From assembly GCA_965206645.1 (NCBI GenBank), contig CBDBKE010000003.1:192001-256000 (forward strand): a DNA stretch of 64,000 nucleotides, given 5' to 3'. Below the pieces are notes generated by a model that ran no database searches, was not told where the DNA came from, and saw nothing but the letters and a program-made list of their open reading frames with translations. Source of the DNA: Terriglobia bacterium. GTDB lineage: Bacteria > Acidobacteriota > Terriglobia > JAJPHL01 > JAPKYU01. Shown here piece after piece: positions 20,068 to 30,458 of this stretch. A program made the position numbers and the translations under genes. The number at the start of each line of letters is the position of its first letter. Within the stretch, counting starts at the first letter, position 1.

Positions 20068-20984
20068 GCGCACGCGTGCGCCGGCCGCAGGTCGCGTATG
20101 CACGTGCACGCGGTCTGTCGGGTCGCCGCGCGTGCGCCTTGCTCTCCGTCGCACGGTCCACGCTGGGCTACCAGTCGCGGCTGGTCGACCGGGATGCCCC
20201 GGCGCTGGCCGCGATGCGTCGTCTGGCGGCGCAGTATCCGCGGTACGGCTATCGCCGGATTCGGATTTTCCTAAAACGCGAAGGGCACACGATGAGCACG
20301 GACCGGACCCATCGCCTCTGGCGCCAGGCGGGGTTGCAGGTGCCTCGGCGGCGGCCGCGGCGCCGGGTCGCCCTGAGCCGGCCCCGCCCGGTGCCCGCCA
20401 CTGCGGTCAATCACGTCTGGGCGTACGACTTCGTGTTCGACACCTGCGCGAATGGGCAGACGCTCAAGTGCCTCACCGTCGTCGACGAATGGACCCGCGA
20501 GTCACTCGCGATCGACGTGGCCGGCGGCATTCGGTCCGGGCGCGTTATCGAGGTGCTCACGCAGCTCGTGAGCGTCCACGGAGCCCCACGTTACCTCCGG
20601 TCCGACAACGGCCCCGAGTTTGTTGCGGGTGCGATTCTCCGGTGGCTGCTCCAGGCGCAGATCGAAACCGCGCTCATCGAGCCGGGCAAGCCGTGGCAGA
20701 ATGCGACCGACGAATCGTTCAACGGGAAGTTCCGCGACGAGTATCTGAGCCTGCAGTGGTTTCGGAACCGCGTGGACGCGAAGGTGGGGATCGAGCAATG
20801 GCGACGGCACTACAACGACGTGCGACCGCACTCGAGCCTTGGCTATCTGACGCCAGCCGAGTTCAAAGCGCAGCTCCGTGCTGGCTCGGATGACGGTGGG
20901 CGCTCGCCGGCGATGCCGGCTCACGCTGACCAAGAAGAACACGAGAGCGACTTAACCATGCCGACTGGCGCTGTTCTCCAGTAA
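20061..20984 (+). CDS. IS3 transposase OrfB (integrase core), reached by -1 frameshift
   Basis: YGYRRI, WAYDF, SDNGPEF, ESFNGKFRDE, RPHSSLGY; A7 run 20055-20061. Confidence 0.92.
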   Translation: MVGARVRRPQVAYARARGLSGRRACALLSVARSTLGYQSRLVDRDAPALAAMRRLAAQYPRYGYRRIRIFLKREGHTMSTDRTHRLWRQAGLQVPRRRPRRRVALSRPRPVPATAVNHVWAYDFVFDTCANGQTLKCLTVVDEWTRESLAIDVAGGIRSGRVIEVLTQLVSVHGAPRYLRSDNGPEFVAGAILRWLLQAQIETALIEPGKPWQNATDESFNGKFRDEYLSLQWFRNRVDAKVGIEQWRRHYNDVRPHSSLGYLTPAEFKAQLRAGSDDGGRSPAMPAHADQEEHESDLTMPTGAVLQ

Positions 20985-21061
20985 TCGGTGGTCCGAAGAA
21001 AGCCGGCAGGTCAAGGGCCGACGTGGTTTGTCGGCCCGAGGAATACCACGCGGTGTTAGTC

Positions 21062-22162
21062 CTAACGCGCCATGCGGGCCATGTGCAAGGTGAGCGGGCG
21101 CGGCTTGAGCGTCTCCAGTTCATAGGTGACCGTGCCCGCCGCCTCGGTGCGCACCAGTCGGTAGACCCCGGGCTCTACCTCAATGGTCTGCCGGCCGCTG
21201 AGGTGGCGCAGAAAGGCCCGCACCTCCTTTGCAGTCGGCACTTTGTCTGGCATCCGACCGGCGCGGATCGCTTCGACCAGGTAGGACCGTAGCAGCTTGG
21301 CGCGATAGCGTTCAAATAGTGCAGGGGAGGCGAACAGATCAGCCCACACGGGCTGGCCGTTCACTGCGACCACTACCCCAACCGCCCCCGGTGGGATCTG
21401 TGGGAGGATCGCGCGGCTGCCCCCGACCAGATGATCCTGGACCGGGCGCGCCTCCATGGTCCGGGCATAGGAAGATTGGGCACGGAGGGCGCCCGCGGCT
21501 CCCGCACGCCCGGTTGTGGGCGCTGCGGCCAGTGTCTCCGCTACCGACCTGTTGGCCCGAGCGACCTCGTTCCAGACCTTCTGCTGATCGCGCGCCTCTG
21601 TCACCTCGCGCCGCAGCTTCGGGTGCGCCATGGCCTTGGAGGCGGCAAACTGGGCCGACAAGCCATGCCAGCGGCCCGGTTCTACGCAAAAGACACTGAG
21701 CGGGATCGGCTCGCTGTGGGGCGGCACGATGCGGTCCCGTCCCACCACGCGGTCCTGCTTGCCGCCGCGAACCACCTCTCCGGCCAGCAGCAGCAGCGGC
21801 CGATCGGACAGGTTCTGGATGGCCAGCCCACTCACCCGTGCGCGGTCCTGCGGGACTGGACGCTGCTGCTGGGACCGGCGCTCCAGGGGGCGCACCATGC
21901 CAGCCCCGCGCAGAGTGCCCAGCTCAGCCACCTTCACCACCCCTTTCGCCAGACCTTCGTCCAGCGTCAGGTAGAGGGAAGTCTTGGCCCGGCTTCCGTT
22001 GGAAACCGGAAAGATGGTGAGGTTGCCCTGCCGGATGGGATCATGGATCTTCAAGTCGGCAGAGTGCAACGTGGTTGGCTTATTGGCGCCGGCCACCAGA
22101 ACCAGGCTTACGGTGCCCAGAACGAGACTTACGGCAAGAATTAGAGATAGAATCCGCCACAT
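21062..22162 (-). CDS. Exported ARPP-1/DUF6569-like domain protein
   Basis: YLTLDEGL, LLAGEVVRGGKQDR, VFCVEPGRW, QQKVW; signal peptide. Confidence 0.75.
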   Translation of the reverse strand: MWRILSLILAVSLVLGTVSLVLVAGANKPTTLHSADLKIHDPIRQGNLTIFPVSNGSRAKTSLYLTLDEGLAKGVVKVAELGTLRGAGMVRPLERRSQQQRPVPQDRARVSGLAIQNLSDRPLLLLAGEVVRGGKQDRVVGRDRIVPPHSEPIPLSVFCVEPGRWHGLSAQFAASKAMAHPKLRREVTEARDQQKVWNEVARANRSVAETLAAAPTTGRAGAAGALRAQSSYARTMEARPVQDHLVGGSRAILPQIPPGAVGVVVAVNGQPVWADLFASPALFERYRAKLLRSYLVEAIRAGRMPDKVPTAKEVRAFLRHLSGRQTIEVEPGVYRLVRTEAAGTVTYELETLKPRPLTLHMARMAR

Positions 22163-22538
22163 CAGTTTCTCTCCTTTGGCAGGTAGACATTAGAGTGACT
22201 TCGGCTGCACCGCCGGGAGGACCGATCAGCCAGATGCCCTCTATCCGCTTGAACGGAATTAGCTACTGTTTCTTGCAGGATTCAATCGTTACCGCAGAGT
22301 GATGGTGGGTTTACTTCGGCTGACCCGGCTCGGCTCTTCATAGAACCCTTGAGGAGCCCCCTCAAGGGGGTTGCTGAAAAACGCACAGAACCACCGCTGG
22401 CCAACGGTCGGCGGCTCGGTAAGTTGTTCAAGCTACAGGGCCGCGGGCCTAAGCAAGCGGGCCAGGAGGGTCCTAAGCTACGGCTTTTCAGTAGATTAGG
22501 AACATGCTGCACCGCCGGCCTGCATTGCGGTTTTTCTC

Positions 22539-22568
22539 TTGGCGAAACCACCGTCTCCCTGGCATAAT
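22539..22568 (+). promoter_or_regulatory. Candidate csp promoter TTGGCG-18bp-(TGG)CATAAT giving a ~130-nt 5' UTR
   Basis: Motif match; long leaders are typical of csp genes. Confidence 0.4.
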
Positions 22569-22702
22569 CGGGCTGCTGTTTAGGTTGTACTCATCTTGAA
22601 GTCGCACAGGGGTGAGGGGCTACAAGCAGCTTTGTGGCTCTTTTCTTTTTGGCGGTTGGGGATGGCCTGGCAGCGCAAAACTTTAGATCAGGAGTTGAAG
22701 TA

Positions 22703-22906
22703 GTGAAAGAGAAAGGTATCGTCAAGTGGTTTAACGCTTCGAAAGGCTACGGTTTTATCCAGCGTTCGTCAGGGGAGGACGTCTTCGTCCATTACACGGC
22801 CATTCAAAACGAAGGCTATCGGACCCTGGACGAAGGCGCTGAGGTGGAGTTCGAGGTGACCCGCGGCCCCAAGGGCTGGCAGGCTGTACAGGTGACCCAA
22901 CTTTAA
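22703..22906 (+). CDS. cspA: Cold-shock protein (CSD)
   Basis: KEKGIVKWFNASKGYGFI, DVFVHY; GTG start after AGGAG. Confidence 0.95.
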   Translation: MKEKGIVKWFNASKGYGFIQRSSGEDVFVHYTAIQNEGYRTLDEGAEVEFEVTRGPKGWQAVQVTQL

Positions 22907-22938
22907 CCAATCGCCAACAAAACCCGGCTTGAGTCTGG

Positions 22939-22975
22939 TGCGGGCCCCGAGGCTTTCGGGGCCCGCAATTTTTTT
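22939..22975 (+). terminator. Rho-independent terminator after csp
   Basis: TGCGGGCCCCGA-GGCTT-TCGGGGCCCGCA followed by ATTTTTTT. Confidence 0.9.
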
Positions 22976-23192
22976 GGTGCCCGCCCGGGCGTACCGCCGA
23001 TCTCGCTCGCCGTGCAGCTTTCGTTCGCGGGTCCCTGTATAGGCAAAATCCAACCGTTCGTGTATAACAGCCCCATGACAAAGCCCCTGACAAAGAATGC
23101 CAAGCAAGCGCGGCGCTTCTCTGGAAGGCGCAAGGGCCAGGGTGGCTGGTGCCGCCGAAAGCCCCACCAAAAGCCAAAGAAGGGAGGCTGTT

Positions 23193-24653
23193 TTGCCTGC
23201 CAGTGAGGTTCGCGTTGAGACCGATACCATGGGTCCGGTGCGGGTGCCCGCCGAGGCACACTACGGCGCGCAAACCCAGCGCGCGGTGGAGAACTTCCCC
23301 ATCTCCGGTATCCGCTTTCCTCGCCGCTTCATCCGCGCCCTGGGACTGATCAAAGGCGCGGCCGCCCGGGTGAACAAAGATCTGGGCTTACTGGAGCCGC
23401 AGTACGCGGACGCTATCCTCCAGGCGGCGCAGGAGGTGACCGAGGGCAAGTGGGACGACGAGTTTGTCCTGGATATATTCCAGACAGGCTCAGGGACCTC
23501 GACCAATATGAATGCCAACGAGGTGATCTCCAGCCGGGCCAACGAGTTGCTAGGAGGCAAGAAAGGCGATCGCAAGCCAGTGCGGCCCAACGACGAGGTC
23601 AACAAGTGCCAGTCGTCGAACGACGTCATCCCTACGGCCATCCACCTGGCCGTGCTGGAGGCGCTCGAGCACGACCTGCGGCCGGCTCTGGAGGTGCTGG
23701 CCACTGGGTTGGAAGCAAAGGCAGCCGAGTTCAAGGACGTGCTTAAGACAGGCCGGACGCACCTACAGGACGCGGTGCCCATCACGTTGGGGCAGGAGTT
23801 TTCCGGCTACGCGTCGCAGGTGCGGCACGCCATGGCGCGAGTCCGAGCGGCGATGCGGCACCTGGAAGAAGTGCCCATCGGCGGCACGGCATTGGGCACC
23901 GGGCTGAATGCGCCGGTCGATTTCGGCAACCGGATGTGCGTGCTGCTGGCCACCACCACCGGCATCCCGCTGCGGGAAGCGGAGAACACGTTTGAAGCCA
24001 TGGGTTCCCGGGATGCGCTGGTAGAAACATCCGGCGCGCTGAAGGTGGTAGCGGTAAGCCTTATCAAGATCGCTTCTGACATCCGGCTGCTTTCCTGCGG
24101 GCCACGTACCGGCATTGCCGAGATCGCCATCCCCGAGCTGCAGCCGGGCAGCTCCATCATGCCGGGCAAGGTCAACCCAGTGATCCCGGAAATGCTGATC
24201 CAGGTAGGGGCGCAGGTGATCGGCAATGACGCGTCGGTGACTCTGGGCGGAGTTTTTGGCCAGTTGGACCTGAACGTGATGATGCCGCTGATGAGCCGCA
24301 ACCTGCTGGAATCGATCCTCTTGCTGAGCAATGGCGCGCGTGTCTTCAACGAGCGCTGCGTGTCAGCCGGTCCCGAGATGCGGGACAATCCGGACAACGT
24401 GAAGGGTATTGTGGCCAATCGCGAGCGCTGCCGCACCCTGGTGAAAAACAGCCTGATGCCGGTGACCGCGCTGGTGCCGCGGCTCGGCCACGAGGAAGCC
24501 GCCAACATCGCGCAAGAAGCGCACAAAACCGGCAAGACCGTGCGCGAAGTTGTCCTGGAGAAAAAGCTCATCCCGGAGCAGGAACTGGACGCCCTGCTGG
24601 ATCTGACCGCTATGACCCAATCGGGCATCCGCAAAGGCGCCGGCGGCGGCTGA
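23193..24653 (+). CDS. fumC: Class II fumarate hydratase
   Basis: HYGAQTQRA, QTGSGTSTNMN, GRTHLQDA, GSSIMPGKVNP; TTG start after GGGAGG. Confidence 0.93.
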   Translation: MPASEVRVETDTMGPVRVPAEAHYGAQTQRAVENFPISGIRFPRRFIRALGLIKGAAARVNKDLGLLEPQYADAILQAAQEVTEGKWDDEFVLDIFQTGSGTSTNMNANEVISSRANELLGGKKGDRKPVRPNDEVNKCQSSNDVIPTAIHLAVLEALEHDLRPALEVLATGLEAKAAEFKDVLKTGRTHLQDAVPITLGQEFSGYASQVRHAMARVRAAMRHLEEVPIGGTALGTGLNAPVDFGNRMCVLLATTTGIPLREAENTFEAMGSRDALVETSGALKVVAVSLIKIASDIRLLSCGPRTGIAEIAIPELQPGSSIMPGKVNPVIPEMLIQVGAQVIGNDASVTLGGVFGQLDLNVMMPLMSRNLLESILLLSNGARVFNERCVSAGPEMRDNPDNVKGIVANRERCRTLVKNSLMPVTALVPRLGHEEAANIAQEAHKTGKTVREVVLEKKLIPEQELDALLDLTAMTQSGIRKGAGGG

Positions 24654-24660
24654 CCTTCCC

Positions 24661-26186
24661 ATGCTGGTCAAGACGCGCAGCGCTGCGGTCTTCGGCATTG
24701 ACGCCTACCTGGTGGACGTGGAAGTGGACCTGTCCAACCGGGGCATGCACGATTTCCTGGTGGTAGGCCTGCCGGACGCAGCGATCAAGGAAAGCCACCA
24801 TCGCGTCCGTGGTGCGCTGAAAAACTGCGGTTACTACTTCGGCCAGAGCGTCACCGTCAACCTCGCCCCAGCCGACAAGAGGAAGGAAGGCTCCGGCTTT
24901 GATCTTCCCATGGCCATGGGAATTCTCGGGGCTTTAGAGGTGGTTTCCTCTGAGCGGCTGGCCGAGTTCCTGTTCCTCGGCGAGCTATCGCTGGACGGCT
25001 CGGTGCGCCCTATCCGCGGCACGCTGCCGGTGGCCGTGCTGGCTCGGGCATCCGGCACCTCGTGGTTCCATCTGCCAACGCGCGCGAGGCGGCGGTCGTC
25101 GAGAGGGTCTGTGTCTTTGCGGTGAACTCGCTGGGCGAGGCGCTGGCCCTGGTGAACGATGCGTCCGGTTTCACCGCGACCCAGGTGGACCGCCAGCAGG
25201 CCTTGGAGCAAAGCAGCGTTTATAACGTGGACTTCAGCGAAGTGCGCGGGCAGAAGGCTACCAAACGCGCTCTGGAAGTGGCCGCCGCCGGCGCCCACAA
25301 CATCCTGATGATTGGGCCGCCGGGTTCGGGCAAGACGATGCTGGCCCGGCGCCTGCCCACCGTCCTGCCCGGGCTGAGCTTTGACGAGGCCATCCAGACT
25401 ACCAAGATTCACAGCGTGGCTGGAGTGCTAGACCCGGCACAGGGCCTGCTGTGCACGCGACCCTTCCGCTCACCGCACCACACCATCTCGGACGCCGGCC
25501 TGGTAGGCGGCGGGACCATTCCTCATCCTGGCGAGGTGAGCCTGGCGCACAACGGGGTGCTGTTTCTGGACGAGTTGCCGGAATTCCGGCGCAATGCGCT
25601 GGAGGTGATGCGCCAGCCTTTGGAGGATGGCGCGGTGACCATCGCCCGGGCCACCATGACCGTGACCTTCCCCTCCTCCTTCATGCTCGCCGCCGCCATG
25701 AACCCTTGCCCCTGTGGTTTCTTCAACGATTCTACCCGCGAGTGCCACTGCACTCCGGGCGTGATCCAGCGTTACGTTTCAAAGATTTCCGGCCCGCTGC
25801 TGGACCGCATTGACATCCACACTGACGTCCCGGCAGTGAAGTACCGCGAGTTGCGCTCTGAGCAGAGCGCGGAAGACTCGGCGGCGATTCGCGCCCGGGT
25901 GGAACGCGCCCGCGCCGCGCAACTGGAGCGCTTCCGCAACGACGGCATCTACGCCAATGCCCAGATGAGCGCCCGGCTCATGCGCTGCCATTGCCCGATT
26001 GACGAGGCTTCCGAGAAGCTGCTGGAGACGGCCATTAGCCGCATGGGGCTTTCCGCCCGCGCCCATGACCGCATCCTGAAGGTGGCCCGCACCATTGCCG
26101 ACCTGGAAGGCTCTTCCGCGATCCAGTCCCGCCACATCGGTGAAGCCGTTCAATACCGCTCGCTCGACCGCACCTATTGGGCCTAG
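24661..26186 (+). pseudogene. comM: ComM/YifB Mg-chelatase-like AAA+ ATPase, frameshift near 25050
   Basis: VGLPD, VNLAPAD.RKEGSGFDL in ORF1; [30 protein letters not shown] in ORF2. Confidence 0.9.
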
Positions 26187-26203
26187 TTTGGAACGGCCCT
26201 CCC

Positions 26204-26851
26204 GAATTAGTTCTGGTCGTCCTGGAATTTGATATGCTAGTGCGTGCCGTCACAGAAAGGTTTGTTCTTGGATCCTCCGCATCGGCAGAGGGGGTACTGC
26301 TCCTCCGAGGCTCCCTCACCACGGATCACACCTGCGAGTTCAGGTCCGCCGGTGACAACGTAGGGGCCGTTCTTGGCGACGGTGATTGCTGGCTCACGGG
26401 CCTGGTCCCGGTGTTCGACTCCTTCAAGGGAGTAACTAAGAGCCCCTGACGGACATTTCTTTATCGTCTTGACGATCTCTTCCGAAGTCGCGCCATCCGC
26501 GTCAATCCACGGTTCTTTTCCGTACAGGAAAACTTTTGGCAACCCCTCCGTGCAGAGCCCGGCATGCGAGCAAATTCCCCGGTTGTCGTGGATGGTGATT
26601 TCGGCTCCGACGTAGTTGTCTCGCTTGTCTTCAGCCGTGCCTTCGAGCTTGCCGTCGGAAAAGCCGATCTTGGCATGGGTCCCGTCGCAGAACGGTTTTT
26701 TCGCCGAACCTCCACAGCGGCAGAGCGCGAATACTGGCTTGGTTTGGATCTGCTCGCCGCTAGAGTTGCGAAGCTTCTCAAGGCTGTTCACGACGTAGGG
26801 TCCGTTTGGAGCGGTCGTGATTTTAGATTTCGTTTGTTCACCCGAATCCAT
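26204..26851 (-). CDS. Double CDGSH iron-sulfur domain protein with central Fer4_19-like domain; premature TAG at 26237-26239
   Basis: Two LCRCGGS..KPFCDGTH motifs, ICSHAGLC, CPSGAL; frame continues HIKFQDDQN* after the TAG. Confidence 0.85.
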
Positions 26852-26864
26852 AGCGCTTCTCCTT

Positions 26865-26892
26865 AGTCTGTCAACCTAAGTCTGTCAACCTA
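26865..26892. repeat. 2 x 14-bp exact tandem repeat AGTCTGTCAACCTA
   Basis: Directly visible, just upstream of the CDGSH gene RBS. Confidence 0.85.
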
Positions 26893-26982
26893 GACGAGCG
26901 GCTGCAGGCGCTAGACAGAGCCCACTATTATCCAATGACAGAGGTTGGAAAGACACCCCGGGATCCAAAATGAGTCCGACTC

Positions 26983-28023
26983 TCAGAACGCGATGCCAAG
27001 CCCGGCGACCAAGCCGTAATCGTTGCGCCGCACCTGGAGCGGCGGCTGGCTGTCGTAGTGGTTGAACAGGCTGAGGTTCCAGCTCAGGCGGCTCACCAGA
27101 GGAATGCGCACTCCGCTGTCCAGTGTGACCCGGTAGCGGCCGGACTGGACGAAATTGGGCAACACCGAGAGCTTGGTGTCGAGCTTGAGCCCGCTCGCGA
27201 TCGTGGTCTCCCAGTCGAGAGCGGCCAGGCCTTCGCCGCTGGGATTGCGGGGAATCGGATCACCCGGCTGCAGGCGAAACTGCTCGTTGACGAAGGTTAA
27301 TCCCCCGAGAAGCGACAGGGTCGTTCGGCCCGAGCGGATGATTTTCCATCCCAATCCCCCGCCGAGATTGCTCCGCAGGTTCAGGCGCCTGCGGTCATCG
27401 CGCTCGAAACGCGAGAGGCCGAAGGCGAATGTATCGTCGCTGAGAAACCGGTCGTAGCGAAGGCTGGCCTGCTGGCGGCTGTTGGTGGGAGCGCCCGACT
27501 GGCTACTGAAGAGAGAGGAGGCGTTGGCCTGCACTTCATATTTTGGCTTACGGTACCGGGTGCTGATCCTGAGCGAGGACTGGCTGTTATTGGAATTCCC
27601 TCGCGCGATGCTGTAGCCGAGGTCGACGGTGCCCTGGACCTGGTCCCAGAAGGTTTCCGGACGCGCCTCTTTAGCCGGCTTCATGCCGACAATCGCCTGC
27701 CGCGCCACCGTGACGGCTTTCTCTGCAGAAACGATCCGCAGCCCCTGGTCGGATTCCTCAATGCGCCCGCGCACCCGCACCCCGCTGTCCAGCTCCACTT
27801 CCACAGGCTGGTCGGTCGAAATGTGCTCGATCATTCTCCAATCAATCTTCACAACGCCGGCATAGCTGGTTTCCAGTGAGAGGCTGCGCTGTTCCAGCTT
27901 TTGAATCTGCCCGCTGAGACGGTCTGCATTTTTCAGCTTGACCGAGTCCGCCCGGCACGCCACGCCGACTGCCAGGATCAGGCCGAAAACGAAAACAGCC
28001 ATGCGGCTCTTGTGGAGGTTCAT
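26983..28023 (-). CDS. DUF481-family outer-membrane beta-barrel protein
   Basis: Signal peptide, DSVKLKNADRLSG, LGYSIARGNS, amphipathic strands, terminal Phe. Confidence 0.8.
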   Translation of the reverse strand: MNLHKSRMAVFVFGLILAVGVACRADSVKLKNADRLSGQIQKLEQRSLSLETSYAGVVKIDWRMIEHISTDQPVEVELDSGVRVRGRIEESDQGLRIVSAEKAVTVARQAIVGMKPAKEARPETFWDQVQGTVDLGYSIARGNSNNSQSSLRISTRYRKPKYEVQANASSLFSSQSGAPTNSRQQASLRYDRFLSDDTFAFGLSRFERDDRRRLNLRSNLGGGLGWKIIRSGRTTLSLLGGLTFVNEQFRLQPGDPIPRNPSGEGLAALDWETTIASGLKLDTKLSVLPNFVQSGRYRVTLDSGVRIPLVSRLSWNLSLFNHYDSQPPLQVRRNDYGLVAGLGIAF

Positions 28024-28667
28024 GAGGAATCAGTCATTTCCTTTCTTGACTCAGAGGAGTGATAGGCGATGAGTGTCTCCGGAAAGAAGGTCACCCGGCA
28101 GCCAATGACGCGGCCCTTGGGAAACAGCCGGCGCAGATCGCGCTGACTGAGTGACCGCAAGCTCGGATACGGCTCTTTCCCCAGCGTCCGAACGAGAGGC
28201 CGCTGCCAAGGTTCAGGCGCAAACTGGATGAAGGGCAAGTGGTAATGAGGCTCGATCGGATACCAGAAGTTGGGAGTGGTCACGAACCAGCTTCGTCCCA
28301 CCCGAGACACTTCGCTGGCAAAGCGCTGCTGCTCTTCCCACGTCGGCAAATGTTCCAACACGGCGTTGCAATAGACGATGTCAAACGACTGATCGGCAAA
28401 GGGCAGCGCGCACCCATCTAATGCCACCGCCTTTACAGTGGGAAAACTCCCGGCATAATCCTGAATGTCGGCGAGAGAGAGGCTTCCGCCGATGACACGC
28501 TCGCAATGGGGATAGAAAGTTTCAAGCTGATCGGGCAAGCCAATCTGACTTCCAGTGGCACCAATGTTGAGGACCCGGCTTTCCGGTGTGGGGCGCAGCA
28601 ACTGCCGGAATAGCTGATACTTTTTCTCGCGCGATTTGCGGTGAAGACGGGTGAAGAGTCGATTCAT
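28020..28667 (-). CDS. Class I SAM-dependent methyltransferase
   Basis: VLNIGA, LPFADQSFDIVYCNAVLEH, TTPNFWYPIEPH. Confidence 0.85.
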   Translation of the reverse strand: MNRLFTRLHRKSREKKYQLFRQLLRPTPESRVLNIGATGSQIGLPDQLETFYPHCERVIGGSLSLADIQDYAGSFPTVKAVALDGCALPFADQSFDIVYCNAVLEHLPTWEEQQRFASEVSRVGRSWFVTTPNFWYPIEPHYHLPFIQFAPEPWQRPLVRTLGKEPYPSLRSLSQRDLRRLFPKGRVIGCRVTFFPETLIAYHSSESRKEMTDSS

Positions 28668-28748
28668 GTTAGACCGCCAAGGAACGCGAAAGAGGCGCCT
28701 TCCACCCCTACTCTATATGTATGCCATGCGTCGCCAGTCGAAAGCTAG

Positions 28749-28829
28749 GAGGCTGCTCAAAAACTCCTCCACAGGCTGAAGCCTGTGGAAGCCTTCTTGG
28801 GTCCCTGAAAACGGTTTTTCAGCAGCCTG
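28749..28829. mobile_element. 81-bp MITE-like element with CTAG flanking repeats
   Basis: TIRs GAGGCTGCTCAAAAAC / GTTTTTCAGCAGCCTG (14/16); CTAG at 28745-28748 and 28830-28833; internal hairpin CCACAGGC-TGAA-GCCTGTGG. Confidence 0.8.
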
Positions 28830-28956
28830 CTAGGATCTGCTGCCGACCACTACCGTCGGCGGCCTCAGATGCCATTCTTGGGCTGGGGCGTTGCCGACTG
28901 CTGCCTTCAGGAACGCCAGCAACGGTGTTCAAACGGTATATAATCCGAACAAGGCA

Positions 28957-30306
28957 ATGGGACGGGACCGACTGGCCGCGCGGAGGGTTTTCCTACTGTC
29001 CACCCTGCTGGTAGCGGTCGCATTTGGGGTAGCGGCTGCGGCGACGACGGAGACGCTGGCGCCTGTTGTTCAGGTCGCCGTGAACTATGCGCCCGGCAAG
29101 AGCACGATGATCAGCGGCTTTCTGGTCGGTGGCGGCCGCTTCGTCCTTACCCAAGCGAGCATCCTGCATGGGGCCTACGACACCGCCGTGGCCTTCACGA
29201 ATACGGACGTCTTGGACCCGGTTCTGGAGCGCTTCGACGGCCGGTTGAATATCGCCGTGCTCCGGCTACCCAGGCCGGTGAGAGCCGAGTTCGCAGCAGT
29301 GGCCGAGCTACCGTCCGGCGGACTCCGGGCTACCATCGTTGGTGCGCCGACCGCCTTTGAGACCGGCAAGCTCTCAGTGTTTCTGAAGCCGTTGGCCGGC
29401 GGCCGGCGCTGGGAGATCGTGCCAGCCATTCCGCTCGCCTTCCGGGGCGCACCCATTCTGGATTCCGCAGGCAGGCTGTTGGGCATCGCCGTTGAGGAAC
29501 CCGAGGGCACTTCTGTGGTGGAAATTCCGGTAGCGGAACTTAGGGACTTGGTTCCTGATTTGGCGGTGTGGCGGTCGAGTGCGCCGGTGGCGGCGCCGGC
29601 GCAGCCACCGGCTCGGGCTTCGCAATCCGCGGCAGTGCCGCCAGCCTCGGCGAGTAGCGCGGCAAGGCCGGCCGCGGAGCCAAAGGTGGAAGGAGAGCCC
29701 GCGCCGCCTAAAACAGCCCTGGAACCAATCGAGGGGCCACCGGCCGGGGTTTCCGCTCCGGTTCCGGCAGCAAAGGTCGAAGTGCAGCCTCCTCCCTAAC
29801 CTGCACCCACTGTGGTCGGCAGGCTACTTGCCGAGGAGGTGGAAGCCGAGGACGGGAAGGCCCGCAAGTCAGCAGCCGGGTTGGAGACGGCAACGCCCGG
29901 GCGCTCGTCAGCAAAGCAAGCCTCCTCTCCCCTGCCCACCGCCGCCGACCCGGGTGGCTGGGAAGTCCGCATCCGCCAGGATCCTGATGACCTCCAGGAG
30001 CGCCTCCGCTACGCGGATGCGCTCCTGGGTGCCGGAGATTATCGACAGCCGGTGGCGGTTCTGGAGAAAGCACAGCAACGGTTTCCCTTGGTGCCGCGTG
30101 TGTACTGGTACCTGGCTCACGCCTACTGGCACCAGTCCTTACACAAGCCAGACGGCGGCCGCCGGCGCTCCATGGAAAAGAAGGCATACCGCAAGAGTTT
30201 GGCCGCGTTTGAAACTTTCCTGGCGCTGGCTCCGGACGATCCCCGCGCTCCGGAAGCTCGCTACCGCCTGAACCTGCTCAAGCAGGCGCAGTACGGGCGG
30301 CGGTAG
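28957..30306 (+). pseudogene. Exported degenerate trypsin-like domain + Pro/Ala linker + TPR; in-frame TAA at 29797-29799
   Basis: SGFLV, NIAVLRL, GAPILDSAGRLLGI; ORF 29812-30306 is in the same frame and TPR-like. Confidence 0.65.
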
Positions 30307-30458
30307 CGCTGCCCGTCTAGACATATTAAGTGGTCAGGCCGACTAACTCAGAGGAGGATTTCCGATTGTGCCTCTCCTCCTACCACCAGGATACCCCTCC
30401 TGCTTTCAGGTATGACGATTCTGGTTTTCGTTTCTCATCTTGCACTCTGAACCGATCC

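Larger units (their letters stand above)
19734..21013 (+). mobile_element. Complete IS3-family element (IS407-like), 1280 bp, 4-bp TSD AGGG
   Basis: IRs TGACCTGCC.../...GGCAGGTCA; AGGG at 19730-19733 and 21014-21017. Confidence 0.95.

Noticed and set aside
26237-26239. Pyrrolysine or alternative genetic code
   Set aside because: TAG and TAA end many intact genes here and no pyl genes or tRNAs are visible; a Trp codon mutation is simpler.
28668-28674. GTTAGAC next to the methyltransferase start as a cassette boundary
   Set aside because: Wrong orientation for the gene and no attC-like partner.
30310-30458. Possible IS remnant between convergent genes
   Set aside because: No paired IRs, target duplication or transposase fragment identified.
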